A stretch of DNA of 64,000 nt, taken from contig JAVEBF010000005.1 in NCBI GenBank assembly GCA_051941275.1, forward strand, positions 1-64,000, given 5' to 3'. Shown here in pieces: positions 28,077 to 41,623 of the stretch; positions within the stretch are counted from its first letter, which is position 1, and each line of letters starts with the position of its first letter. The translations under genes were made by a program, and so were the position numbers. The notes under the pieces were generated by a model, which ran no database searches, had not been told where the DNA came from, and worked only from the letters and a program-made list of their open reading frames with translations. Source of the DNA: Dirinaria sp. TL-2023a (Eukaryota).

Positions 28077-29275
28077 TGATGGGAGATCAAGTGGGAGTAT
28101 GACAGCCAGGTATGTTATTGTACACACGGGAAATGAGTGATCAGGATACCAGAATATATAGGTCCCAGATGCTTAAGCAGCTCAAAAGCCATCATATCTC
28201 CTTGACAGCCAGCAAAGTACTGCATGATGCAACTCAGACGACAGCCTCGCCTCCACAAAAGATATCTGACAGCCAAGAAAATGATATGGCATAGTCATCC
28301 TTCGCCTACTCGAAAGTAACAGCCGCGATTGAAACTGCGCGTCCTGATATTTCCCTCATCACAACTCCACTGGCCAGCGGCACAATTGATTAAACGTGCA
28401 TAAAAGGAGGTGCCCTTGCTCAAGTCAGCTGGGGACTGCCTGCAGGTCCAAGTTTCTCCAGATGGGGCGTCCGAAGTGCCAGACAGACATGCAGATCTAT
28501 CATATGTGCATGTAACGGCTGTAACTCAACTTATCCGCGTGTGCTGGAGCAATGAGTTGTAAGGTAATGAAGGGAGGAAGCTTTGCAACCGGATGCTGCC
28601 GTAAGGTAGTCGATATGATCCGTGGGATCTCCGTGTAACATTGCCTAGCGCAACATGAGCATATGGATCGTGCTTAAGGCTGCAGGGAGAGTTCGACCTA
28701 AATTCCTTACAGTGTAAGCCTTGCAGATTCTGCCACCGTGTCGCCGACCAAATCCACACTCAAACATTGACCATTGTGACGGATCACGCCAAAGTGAAAA
28801 AAGGATGGACCCGGTGCACGTCGCTACATCGAAATTTGGACAACATTGGAGAACGACACAAGCATGCATGAAAATGATATTATGCCTCCATCTGACCTTT
28901 AGTATGACAGAGGGAGGCTTGTGCTTAACATACACGAAGCCAAAGCAATGTGAAACACGAAGCCATGAAGAACACCGGTATTGATATGCAACTGAAAGCT
29001 GATCCTGCTTTTGATCTACCATGAGAGAATGAAACCGCATTGCCTAGTCCCATCGCTCTCTAACATTAAGAAAATAATGCTTGTGGGAAGCATGCGCCGT
29101 ACAGCTCCAGCCAGTCTGTGCTTCGACCTCCATCGCTCACAACCAGTCAGACAATTATGCCATGCTTGCAGGCGTGAGTTCGACGAATCTTCAAGCCGCA
29201 ACGGTGTAAGATTCATCAAACCACGCTTGCAGGCGGCTGCTCAAACGCGAACATAGGAAACCAAGAGACCCTGCT

Positions 29276-30650
29276 CTACAAGACGAACTGCAACAAGCCA
29301 GCCAGGATAGAAGTTCCACCCAGCATGGTTGGGTAATTGATGTCCATGTGACCAGCAGCGCTTGATCCTGAGGGCTTGGACCCTTTCGATGTTGTTGATG
29401 GCTCTGTACCCGCGCCACGCGGCTTGGACACACCACCAGAGCAGACGTAGCTGCCTTTGATGATCTTGTCGTCGTGGTATTTTTTGAAATCATCGCAGCT
29501 GAAGTTTGACGAAGAAGTCTGCATGTTGAAAGCTCCAGCAACCCGGGTCAAGGCAGGCAGATCAACCCTAGAGATGATTAGCAGCAATTACAAGAAGCCA
29601 CCATACTTTGCAGAGCTTACTCGCTAAAGTTGCCGTTGAAATCAAGAGCCCCAGTGACAACAGATAGCTTGGGGAAGCCACTGATCTTGTCCAACTCTGT
29701 GTTGTTAGCAATCTGATAAGTTCCATTGACCGACGTCAGCTGAGGGATGGAAATGTTGGTCAATTCCGTGTTGTCAACAAAGATGAGACCACTGGTTGTC
29801 GTAAGGTTAGGAGCAATCAATGACTTGATGGCATTGCCGTAAAAGCCAAGATCAGTCGTAACGTTCTTCAGCGCAGGGAGAAGGATCGTGTTGCAGTTAC
29901 GGAAGGTCATGTTCTGAGCCGTCTCCAGCATGGGGAACGATGTCGTGAGACCAGTTACGGTGCCATCGTTGGCTTCGATATCGAGCGAGCCGGAAATACT
30001 AGTAATATCCAAGCTGATATTGGTCAAGCCGCCGTTGTTATTGACGTTAAAGACATCAATCTGCTTCAGCTGGTCAATACCTTGAAGCGATGTAAGCCCG
30101 GTATTGGTGATCAGAATGCTGGAAGCCTGCGTAATGCCGGTGTCGCCGAATGAGAGCTGTTGGAGTGCAGGTAGAGCATTCAAAGTCATGGCATTGACTC
30201 TCGACAATGATGGCGCGCTGAGTATGGACAACAGGGTAAGCTCGACCAGATCCAGGCCACCCACACTCTGAAGGCCACTGAACGACAAGCCCGACAAGTT
30301 TGTAACGTTCGTTGCGGTGATGTTACCTGTGACCTTCGAGAGTTTGCCGTCGAAGGAGAGTGATGTATGCCCATTCTGATCCGTAACACCAGCCACACCA
30401 GTCTCAATAGCGATTGAGCCACTATATGTTGAGCACGAGGCTACGGCGGATGCATCAGAAGCTGCAGAGATTGTCGTTGTACCAGAGGTGCTGCATGCCT
30501 GGCCTGAGAAGATACTGTCAACTCGGGTCCAATGGCCGTCGGTAACAATACGGAAATGCACATGAATGACGAACGGGGTCAAGGTGACAACTTACCAAGG
30601 ACAGTGCTCGCCAGAGCCACGGTGGATAGAAGATAAATAGTGATGGCCAT
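29276..30650 (-). CDS. ECM33: GPI-anchored cell wall protein, Ecm33/Sps2 family
   Basis: Signal peptide MAITIYLLSTVALASTVLG, receptor-L-type leucine-rich repeats, VITGA-like VVTGALDFNGNF and IIKGSYVC, then a Ser-rich linker and hydrophobic GPI signal. Two coding introns. Confidence 0.9.
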
Positions 30651-32780
30651 TGCGTAAGCTCTCTGTAGACTTTATCTGATACAACGGACGATGGTCAGCA
30701 GCAGCTTCTCATTGCCCTTCTCGGGATGACTGATAGACTAAGGAGCTCAAAATAAGTTGAGGACTGTTGGTAGGTCGCGAGTGTGCGTGGGCAGCATACT
30801 GGACCCGTGTTTACAGTTATGGTTGGGAGGGGAGCGTTAGCATGGAAGATGCCACGACTTACTGAAGGTAGAGAGATTAACAGTCTTAGCTGGATGGATG
30901 AAGATGGATGCCGGTATCACTGATGGGTAATGTTGGATAACAGGCGGAGTGGTTGGTAGATGTTTTGGAATGGAGTTGTAGCGAATGTGAAGGAAGAAAA
31001 AAACAGGGAAGGTTATTAAAAGCTGTAAATATTAGCCTACGCTAGCGGACTCGAAAGGCAAGAACACCCCGAGGCGAGGGCACAAAATGTGAATAGGAAG
31101 TGATGATGGGGACGGTGATGATGGGTGTAAGAGCGAGTGACAGTGAAGGTTGATGGGGAAAAATCGAAAAAATTCCAAGGCAAGAAGGAAGCGACCAAGG
31201 GAAAAAAAAGGAGCCTCCCGCCGTTCCACCTCCACCTCGACCTCTGACACGCAATATGGAAGACCCCGGTCGCGGCCCTGCATACCTTACTGCTTCAGTA
31301 TCGCTGCTATCGCCTGGTGGGACGCTGGCTCATTATCGAGCTGCTTTGATTGGCGAATCGCACATAGACTATCCTTGGCTCGCACTACTTAACATTACAC
31401 ATCGTGGCCTGTATCTTACATGGTAGGATACGGCTGCCCTTTGGTGCTTGAACCTCGGTCCTCGCAATAATAAATTGAGGGTAAGGTAAATAATGATCTC
31501 CGTGCATGCATCTTTTCCTCTGGCAGCAGCAGCTCCCTGTCAACCCCTTGGTCATTATACTATGCATCGAAATTATCATAGCTTCGGATTAAATACTCTG
31601 TATATGATTGATTAAAGCACTAGTACTGTGCATCCGTGTGCCGGGTGGTTATCTGGCCAATCTAGGCCTCCATACTTTTTTACTTGCCACTCTATTTTGG
31701 CAACGTTAGGAGGACTCGAGGACTAAACTCCGTTCTTCACGTACAATTTTAAGCGCACGCTTAATTGCTATTTTCTCTGCTCATGCAATCCGATAGCATC
31801 CCCTGCACACTTGTTGCTGTCCCCTCCCCCGAAATACGGGTTGTGTGCATGCAGCCGAATCAGTCACCGTTTTCTTCCAGTCATGGCGCACGGCTAACGG
31901 TTGAGAGCAAAGGCTTGGCTTCCCGGCTCAATCCGCACAGTCTCGACTGGCCCCAAGACACCCAATGGCAGAGCTCAATCCTTACGTGGCGCTCGAGCTT
32001 CGTCATGCACCACAACATGCTACATGCTGAGCAGCTGCGATAGCTCCCCAACTCTGCTGTGATACGACTAGTCTTTTTCCCGTTTTGAAAGACTGTAATT
32101 ATATTCCCTAGCTCATTGTATCTTATGGACAGCTACCTTACTTTACTGATTGGAATTGGTGAGAACTGAGAAGTCCTTGTTTTATCTAGGCACTAGTATG
32201 TCGATCTCACCTAAGGGGTACCTTAGATAAAGTAATCTCTCTTAATATGTTAAACGACCGAAATCATTGAATATCAATTTCCCAGTCTGAGCTCGTGAAT
32301 TCATTGTCTGCAACCAGCAGTGCATGGCAGTGTTGACGCGAGCGTACGTGATGATAGTTCCCAAGCCTGTGGTGGCATTGAAGATGAGGTACACAATAGC
32401 ATAGAAGAGTTGGTTTCAATGCTTAATGCACATTATGTACCTAGCAATCGTTAGAAAATAGTCCCTGTGAAGTAATTTTTACGACCGGCGCCACTGCCAA
32501 AATAGCTTGAATACCTCATCGATGTGAAGTCCAAGGTAAGGTACCTTAGATACACGTTTTGGCTACATGTAGGTACTTTGAGTGATTCTTATTTTCAGGG
32601 CTAGTAGTAGAGAAGGAGAAAATAGGATTAAAGCGAGACTAAGCAACGCATCTGTTTGAGATTTGGAACTACTGCAAGGCTTAACGACCAAAGCTATCAT
32701 CTACAACAACATTTACAACTCGCGACAGAACGCTTCTTTAAAATCTCCGCTGGTTGGACACCTTTACTCTAATGCTCATA

Positions 32781-34068
32781 ATGTCTTTACGACGGTCACT
32801 ACGGAATCCTACTGCCGTTCAGGTGGAGCTGTCTAGCAAGCCCGAATACGATGGCAAGCTGTATGGGAAACGAAAAATGTCCGCAAAGCCGAAGTCTCAG
32901 CTGAGAAGCAGAGCTGTAAGAGGTGAGTCACCGGAGTTGGCCGCATCGTCTGATGCACCATCAACTCCCCCAGCAAAGCGAGCAAGACGGGCGTCAACTT
33001 CTGACCAGTTACCCAATGGAGCTGTGACGAGCGAGGACAGCTTGCCTTCCCAGCGACCTGCTGAACCACATCGAACAAATGCTACACTGAAAACCCCTGG
33101 AGGGACTCGTCTTGTGCCATATTCGAAGGAGGTAGTAGACTCTTCTCCTTCCAAAGCCGGCCTGCCTCGGGCCACAACGACAACGAGTCATCTATTAGGG
33201 CAAGCATGCGCGCACCTGATATCCGTGGACGTCCGAATGAAGCCACTTATCGAGAAGTATCATTGCCGTATGTTCTCCGCCGAAGGCCTCGCTGAGGAAA
33301 CAGATCCATGGGAATCACTTTGCAGTGGCATCATGTCCCAGCAGGTCTCGGGCGCCGCAGCAAAGAGCATTAAGAACAAATTTGTCAACCTATTTGATGA
33401 TGGAGCGGCTCAGGAGGAACATTCTTTGAACTCATCGAAACCATTTCCCAAGCCTAGCCAGCTAGTTGGCTCCAGTATCCCCTTTCTTCGGACAGCAGGA
33501 TTGTCAGAACGAAAGGCAGAATACATCAAGGGTTTAGCAGAAAAGTTTGAGAGTAAGGACTTGAGTGCCGAAATGCTCCTCAAGGCTAGTGACGAGGAGG
33601 TTTTGGAGAAATTGGTCGCAGTCCGGGGTTTAGGACGGTGGTCTGCAGAGATGTTTGCTTGTTTTGGCTTGAAGAGAGCGGACGTATTCTCTACAGGAGA
33701 TCTTGGGGTTCAGTCCGTCTCCATAAATCATCTCACAAGCATTTGCTGGATTTCATTGCTCATTTTACTTAGGCGAGGAATGGCTGCTTTCATCGGTAAA
33801 GACGTGAAAAAATTAAAGAATAAGGGTGGAAAATGGAAATATCTATCGGTATATCTACTTCGAAAAAGTTTTCCAGGTTTTCAGCCGTCTGACCATTTGT
33901 AGGAGAAAGAAATGTTGGATTTGTCTGCACCATTTTCACCCTACAGGTAAATAGTATCCTTTCGCTCTATGCTTGTTACCTGCGCTTAAAAACTTTCCTA
34001 GGAGCGTCTTTATGTGGTACATGTGGAAAGTGGAAGATACTGATGTAGACGCTTTCGGAAGTGTGTGA
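32781..34068 (+). CDS. MAG1: DNA-3-methyladenine glycosylase (HhH-GPD)
   Basis: GIMSQQVSGAAA, GLSERKAEYI, HhH motif LVAVRGLGRWSAEMF, GDLGVQRG and PYRSVFMWYMW. Three introns. Confidence 0.9.
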
Positions 34069-34258
34069 AAAAACCAAGTATCAATGTCTGTTCGCTCTCG
34101 GTATGGCTCTGAGCTCTGCAATGCAGAGCAAAAAGGAAAAGACAATTTGGCGGTTTGGTATATGATGGGCCTTTGAAATTGTACATAAGGATGCACTTCA
34201 AAGATATTCGAAAATATGGACGCTACCGGATACAAGAAAGACGTGGAAATCTTTGGTT

Positions 34259-34854
34259 TTAATGGGACCCATGTGCGTCCTCTGCTGGCTTGTTCGCTTG
34301 TCTCTTCTGTATCACCATGGACTCCAGATCCCCGCGCTCCCTCGACTCTGACTCGATCTCCTTAATGATTGGTGTTAAATATTCATAGTCCTACGTATAG
34401 TGTAAGCCAACATTTCCCGAGCCTACAATACATCGGGGAACCTACATCTTCGGGCTTGGTCTGCTGATCCTTCGGAAGCAATTGATGAGCGAGAGAGCAC
34501 TGAGCGGCATTAGCAATTACGGTTCTGCTCATATTGGACTTCAGCGCTTGCGTCTGACCTGGAAAGCCCTTCGGAGTCGGAACACGCGATCGTACGCTTC
34601 TTTGGGTGGTAAACGCTTCAGCGCCAGTAGTACGGTGTCTGATTCTTCGGGAATCAGATCATCAGCCCTGTGTTTTACTGTATCAGTCTTGATCGTTCTG
34701 CAATGATTTGCAGTCGCTATGGTCCATAGATAATCTACCTCAGGCCAAGCTTCCTGTATCCTGCTGCATCGGTATACCAGTTGGCGAACGGCACCATCCA
34801 CCGCCTCAACCACGGCCGCTTCGTGATGAAATTCGTCAGTGTTGGAGCTGACAT
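34259..34854 (-). CDS. QCR7: Cytochrome bc1 complex subunit 7
   Basis: Four exons: MSAPTLTNFITKRPWLRRWMVPFANWYTDAAGYRKLGLRADDLIPEE...ALKRLPPKEAYDRVFRLRRAFQCSLAHQLLPK...YLTPIIKEIE. Confidence 0.95.
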
Positions 34855-35392
34855 AGTTGTTTGCCAACAATGGCTAAGTGCCGAGTGGAGTCTCTTCTTC
34901 AAGGAATGGCAGCCTCGGTGATGTGAGTCGAAGTCCAGCTAAGATACCTTGCTCACAAAGCTTGAAGGTCACCTTAGCTACCTGCTTTATGTACATGAAG
35001 GTACCTTAAGGTACTTTAAGTGCGGATAAATTACATACAGCGCTAACAAGGCCGAGCTCGGGTAGATAACCAACGAAGCACTCGAAGGTTGCTTACATCT
35101 GGACTTCCAAGGCACATAGCAGTAGGTCTTACTTCACACCGCCCGTCTTCTTTAAAGGTGTTGACAGTGAGAGCGGCATCTACCAACTATCAATTGTTTG
35201 ATCATGCGCAAACACAGCGGATTTCCTTTATGAAGGCGATCAATCTGTGAGAGCGAGCTGCGGGGTATCCCCGACCCTGCTTTGGAAATCAACAGTTCTG
35301 TGAAAAGACGATTTTGTTGGATTAGGCCGACCACAATTCGCAGCCATAAAAATGCATACCCTATAGCTAGCTACACCCCATCTCTGCCAAGG

Positions 35393-36632
35393 ATGTCTTT
35401 CGATCGAAAGCCAGCATCACCAATTGCCGACCCGGATGATACTGCCTCGAAGCTGGACGGTTCGACTGCAACCCAGGACTCACAAATCACCTCTTCTGCA
35501 AGGCCCTTTGAGTACTACGTAGCCCGATTACCCCAAGAATGGGTGGTTCCGCTGTCCGGCGCGACAGCTGGAGCTCTCGCTGGAATTGTCAGCTGTCCAC
35601 TCGATGTTATCAAGACCAAATTGCAGGCACAAGGCGGCTTTCAACCCCGGCAAGAAGGCGCCAAATTCCCTAAAGCGGCATACCGCGGTGTGCAAGGTAC
35701 AGCTGCGATGATATGGAAAGAAGATGGCTTGCGAGGCATGTACCGAGGGCTTGGACCGATGCTGCTGGGATACGTGCCGACCTGGGCTATTTACTTAACA
35801 GTCTATAACAAGACACAGGCGTACTTTCGCACCAAGACAGGTGAGTCACAGTAAAACGTTTGGACCAAATAAAGTTACTGATCTGTTTTTGATAGACAAT
35901 TGGTTCTTTGCCAATATCTGTGCCTCGTTAAGCGGTGGCGCCTGTTCAACAATGGCTACCAATCCAATTTGGGTCGTTAAAACAAGGCTTATGTCACAGT
36001 CGAGCGCAAGTTCATCCAATTCTTCTTCGAGAGCTCCATGGCAGTATCACAGCACCTTCGATGCAATCCGGAAGATGTACAGGGCGGAGGGCATAAAACC
36101 GTTCTACTCCGGTCTCACGCCGGCTATGCTCGGTCTAACCCACGTCGCAATCCAATTCCCCTTATATGAAGTATTTAAAAAGGAGTTTACGGGACTTGGG
36201 GGTGCTTCATCCGAGCAAGACAAAGCGCATCATTTCTACGGCTTGTCGCTTGCCGTATTCTTAAGCAAGGTATGCGCGAGCACCGCTACCTATCCGCACG
36301 AGGTAGTCAGGACACGATTGCAAACACAGCAGCGACCGCCACCAAGTCACTCGGAGGAGAAGTTCGCTGATCGCGGACGACCTCCTGGTGGATCTACGCC
36401 GAAGAAGCCGGTCACTGGAATACAGTATCGAGGAACCTTAGATACCTGTAAGGTCATACTGGCAGAAGAAGGCTGGAGAGGTTTCTACGCTGGGTTGGGC
36501 ACTAATCTCATCAGAGCGGTGCCATCCGCAATGACGACGATTCTGACATTTGAGTATTTAAAGAAAACGCTTTTCCAGATCCAAGACGAAGCGCGCTCGA
36601 GAGGCGACGGCTTTGGATCTGCTGTAGCGTGA
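35393..36632 (+). CDS. NDT1: Mitochondrial carrier, NAD+ transporter type
   Basis: Three carrier signatures (PLDVIKTKLQ, PIWVVKTRLM, PHEVVRTRLQ). GYVPTWAIY and GLTHVAIQFPLYE resemble Ndt1/Ndt2. One intron. Confidence 0.82.
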
Positions 36633-37421
36633 AAATATGCATTGACATGGTTACTTAGGAGGTTTGCAAATGCGCGTTGCATCATAGTGCAGCATGTTCT
36701 GTTGATGATTTCTACCTGACTGGATGTCAAATGAGCGTTGAAAAGGCGGGCATGGTCGTTGGAGGCGTTTGGTCTTTCACCAGCAGTCGGCTGGTGGAAG
36801 CTTCGAGCTAGGGGTCTCGGAATATGGTGTTTGAGGTGCTCTCTGATCTTGAGGTGCAGTTCACAAGGTCCGGCGTATTTGAAAGGAATCTCATGATACC
36901 CTTCCGAAGATCTAGGACTGCGTGCACCCAAGAGTACGTTAAAGTAAGGTCCCTTTCTGTGGTTTATCTTGCCTTTGCAATATCTCAAAGGTCCAAATCT
37001 GTCGAATTCAATGGCGGTATATTGCCAGCCAGCATCTTTATGCTCGCATAGTTGCACCAAATCTATTATCAGACACCTGGATTGTTTTCCTGTTCCAAAC
37101 AGAGCGTAGCACATACTGCCCAACAACACTGAACCCTTCGCTTTGGATGTCGGAGAAGGAGCGGATTTTTTCGTGTCGGTCGACAACTGTCTGCCCACCT
37201 TCAACTTGGCACGTCCTGATACTTCTTTGGTTTCATCGTATGAGTGAGCCAGTCTAATTACACTCAAGACACGACCTATGGCAAGGCTGTCAGAGTCTGG
37301 ATTGCCGCAGCAAAAACCATGCCGAAGAAAGCTGGATATTTTGGAATTTTCCAAAGTCTCGCCCACGCCGAAAAGAGCAGCGCTGGCTCGACTTTGTTTT
37401 GTAACACGATCCCTTAGCCTT

Positions 37422-37848
37422 TCACTGATCTCTCCTCTTTGCAATCGCCCGTCTCAATCGGTCCTCCTCTCGACCCCTTCCCTGTGCTACCTCGGTCGTG
37501 TTCTGAGCCTTTGACTGTGTCCCCAAAACGAACTGGGCCAAGGTGGCTTGGTCCTCAGGCCGTTCAAGCTTACCATGCCTGCGCTGGTTCTCATTATCCC
37601 AACTGATCTGGCCGCCATCGGCCATGCGATGGCGCTCGGCATTCCTTTTCGCGGCCTTGATTGAAGTGTGAGAGTAGACGAAGAGTATGCCGGCCATGGT
37701 GACCGCAATGATGGGGGCGGACCGAGAGTTGAATTTGATCATCGAGGTAGATGGGCTGAACAAACAGGCGTTGCTTGGGAAAATTGGATGTTGGCTTTGG
37801 CGGACTTTAGGCTCTCTACTCCAGCAGCTAGTCGTACATGCTGGCCAT
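37422..37848 (-). CDS. Small single-TM fungal hypothetical protein
   Basis: An 11-nt first exon (ATGGCCAGCAT) splices across intron 37837-37756 to give MASIPSTSMIKFNSRSAPIIAVTMAGILFVYSHTSIKAAKRNAERHRMADGGQISW. Confidence 0.7.
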
Positions 37849-38232
37849 CGGGAGCTCAGGACTGCTAGAGTAAGGTATACAGAAATGGTGGAAAGTTTTT
37901 ATGTAAGGTCCCTCGGGTGGACCTCGAACTCTTGAACTACCTTAGCTCTGACCCTGCTTCTTCCCGTAAGGTAAGGTATTGCAAACAATGATATCACGAT
38001 ACCTAAAGGTAGTGCCTAAGGTACTTTAGTACCTTACCTTATTATTGCTTCAAAAAATCTTGGCAGCCCATGGACCCTGTCTCTTATGGACGCGATTTGT
38101 TTCTTTAGGGCTATTTTCAACAACCACAATACCTAAATCAGGTAGTTCATTTAATGTAGGGATTTGCTGAGAGTAGTCTGCCACACCCTCCAGCATTTCT
38201 GATATCGATATGCGCTGCTACCAAGGAAAGCT

Positions 38233-40116
38233 ATGAGGAGGCTAGGTCTGGGTACTAGTCTCGTTAATGATGCAGCCTGGACATGTCCAAGCTGTTTACG
38301 GCAGCAGAAAGTCTGCTTACGAAAGGCTTCTTTCAGCACCAAAGGCAGACGGACCCGTCCAGCGAACAGAAAGCGCACCGTAGTCCTCGCCACTGCAGGT
38401 GGCGGCCTAGGTGCTGCAGCTCTGATTACAGCCGCTTCTGATGATGTGAAGCATGGATATGCAGCTGCTGAAAGAACGGGTCGGGTAGCTAATACACTCT
38501 TCGCATGCATCAATGAGTGAGCTGTGCCCTATACCAAGCGGAGGCGTAATGCGACTTCTAATTCTTACCCCTCTAGCTATCGAGTCACTCTGAAGAGAAG
38601 ACCAGCGAATACAGACGATTGGTCCCTGCTACTCAAAGCATGCCACCAGCGCTGCGCCGACCGAACCCTCCGCGCAATAGAACAGAACGGTTCTATATTC
38701 ATCAAATTGGGCCAGCATCTGAGCAGTATGGGCTATCTGTTACCTCTTGAATGGACGACGACTTTCGTGCCGTTACAGGACAAGTGTCCAGTATCATCTT
38801 ACGAGTCGATAGAAGAGATGTTCATCTCCGATACAGGATCGTCAATATCTGATCATTTTGAGTACTTCGAAAGAGAGCCGATTGGAGCAGCTTCCTTGGC
38901 ACAAGTGCACCGCGCGAAATTGAAGGACACAGGCCACGAGGTGGCTGTCAAAGTGCAGCATCCGGCCTTAGATCAGTGGGTACCGCTTGATCTGGCCTTG
39001 ACAAGATATACATTTCGGACATTGAATTATTGGTTTCCTGATTATGATCTGTCATGGCTGTCGGATGAGATGGAATATTCCCTTCCTCAGGAACTGAATT
39101 TTGCTGTTGAGGGAGGGAATGCAATGCGCACCAAGAGGTACTTCGAGAAGATCCAGGGGTCACCGCTTATAGTTCCTGATGTGAAATGGGGCACACGACG
39201 AATCCTGGTTATGGACTTTATCACTGGTCACCGGACGGACGACCTTCAATACATCGACTCCCAAGGCATTGACCGCGATGAAGTATCAGCTGCTCTCGCG
39301 AGGATATTCAACGAGATGATATTTGGCGATACACCGCTTCACTGCGATCCGCATGGGGGCAATATCGCTATCCGAAAAAATGTTTCAAGGCGGAAGCTCA
39401 ATTTTGATATCATTCTCTATGACCATGGTCTGTATAGAGATATACCGAAGAGTCTGCGGCGAGATTATGCGAAGCTGTGGCTTGCAGTCATTGACGCTGA
39501 CGAGGGTCAGATGCGCAAGTATGCCCATGCGGTGGCTGGTATAACAGATGAACAATTTCCACTGTTTGCGAGTGCTATCACGGGACGAGATTATAGGGCT
39601 GTAACAAGCTCAGTAATTTCATCCCGGACTGTTCAGGAAAAGGAAGAGATATCCGGTGCTATGGGAGAGGGTCTGTTGCAGCAGGTATGAGGGTCCCATG
39701 AGTCATTGACGGTCTGTCATTTCATACTAAGAGGCCTCAGCTTGTACAGCTGCTGGGCCAAGTACCGAGGGTCATTCTGTTAATTTTGAAGACCAACGAC
39801 TTAAGTCTGGACCCGAACCCAATCAATTCGGGCTTTGTACTGACGACCATCAGCACGTAATCTTGACGAAAACCTGCAAACTCGGCAAGGTCCAGTCCGT
39901 ACCTTTCTGATACTGGCACGTTATTGCAGTAGGACCGTCTTCCAGGAACAGATAGAACTCATCCAGGAGCATGGAAGTACATTGCGGCCAGTAAATCTGT
40001 TTCGATTCCTCCGCGCTTGGAGCTCCTACATGCGAGTCGAGCTCAAGCTTTCCTTGTATGAACTCTATATTTCCATTAGACGGCTAACCGGTTTTCCTGT
40101 TACAATGGGCATCTAG
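38233..40116 (+). CDS. ABC1/UbiB atypical kinase (ADCK1/Mcp2-like, probably mitochondrial)
   Basis: FIKLGQHL (KxGQ), AASLAQVH, VAVKVQHP, HCDPHGGN and YDHG. Three introns. Confidence 0.9.
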
Positions 40117-40755
40117 CGCGTGGTGTGTTCGCGGAATTTTCAACCGGGTTTCGGTGCATCCAATAGAGGATCTTGGGAGCATGATAGAGGGGCTTAGTAA
40201 ATAAGTCAGGTAAAGGAAACAGGCATTTCCTTCTGGCTTGATACCATCTGAAACCAACTTAAGAGGTCCTGACTTGAATTATTTCAATTCTCATGTTCGT
40301 ATTCTGTGTCTTCGTTACTCTTGCTGAGCTTGGTTGTTCATGCAACGATCCTGTTTCTCCTCTCGGGCTACAGTTTCGGACTAATTTTCCCGTCATGATG
40401 AGTACTCCTGTGTTCTTATCGCACGTCTTGTAGCTCCGTGGAGATTTTCGCCACACTATTCTTCCAATGGCATCAATTTTCATTTATTTTGAAAAGCAAA
40501 CCCCGCAATGAGCAGGCGCTCTCGGCGCTATCTACAGTAGTGCCAGGGTCCCTCAAAAAAAGGCGTGGGGCGGGAGCTAGCAAGAAAAGTAGGCGCCAGC
40601 AGCCCGGACCGGGCTGCGGGGTGACCTGGCGGCTTGTGCTTTTGTTCGTGGGAGTCCTTGAGTAGCTCTATAAAGAGTCAAGTAAGGTACTTATCTGCTT
40701 CAAGACCAACACCAAGCCAAGCCATGGTCTGTACAGAACAGAATCTTTGTACACG

Positions 40756-41623
40756 ATGGAAGAGCAAGTCAACAGGCTGGTAGACAAAGTGTGGGGTGAG
40801 CATTGCATTTGCCATCATTCTCAGTTCCCGCTAACAGAGGCGCCCTCCAGTCAAGTATAAACAGCTCCCAACCTCCAAGCGCCTATTGATCGCAATCGCC
40901 GGAATCCCTGGCTCAGGTACGGTGATCAATCCCCTTCCGTCTCTCTGCTACCGGCACAGAAACAAGACCATTCCTCTTACACACACCTCACCACCAGGCA
41001 AAACGACCCTCGCCTCCACGCTCTCCACCCGCCTAAACTCCCTTCACAAAACCGAATCCCCCGCCTGCGCCTCCACGCCGATCGCAGCCTTCATCCCGCT
41101 CGACGGGTACCACCTCTCTCGCGCACAGCTCTCTGCGCTCCCAGACCCGACCACAGCCCACGCCCGCCGCGGCGCAGCATTCACCTTCGATGCGGCCGCA
41201 TACCTCTCGCTCGTGCGCTCCCTGCGCGCGCCCATCCTGCCCGAGACGAAAACGATCTACGCGCCCAGCTTCGACCACGCAGTCAAAGACCCCTTGGCGG
41301 ACGATATTCCCATCGTGCCCAGCGTCAAGGTCTGCGTCTTCGAAGGCAATTACGTCGCCCTGGACGAGGCGCAATGGAAAGAGGCCGGGGAACTGATGGA
41401 CGAGATCTGGTTCGTGCATGTGGAGGACGCGGTGGCGAGACAGAGGCTTGTGGCCAGGCATGTCAAGGCCGGCATCTGTAGGGATGAGGAAGAGGCTGGC
41501 CGCAGGGCCGATGAGAATGATTTGGTCAATGGTAGGCAGATCACGAATGGGGTTTGGAGGGTTGATGAGAAGATAGTGAGTCGGGAGGATGAGAATTGGA
41601 GGCCGGAAGCGCAGGGAGTGTAA
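40756..41623 (+). CDS. YFH7: P-loop kinase of the PRK/URK/PANK family
   Basis: IAIAGIPGSG|KTT (Walker A split by an intron), LDGYHLSR, ARRGAAFTFD, PSFDHAVKDP, FEGNY and ENDLVNG. Confidence 0.82.

Noticed and set aside
30663..30862. Stwintron in the probable ECM33 5'-UTR intron (internal ccagtatgc)
   Set aside because: Removing either inner intron does not rebuild a GT donor or AG acceptor, because the flanking bases are A rather than G. At most these are alternative donors.
23132..40116. Functional cluster of mitochondrial genes (MSS116, QCR7, NAD carrier, ABC1 kinase)
   Set aside because: They are interspersed with unrelated genes, and the density is plausible by chance.
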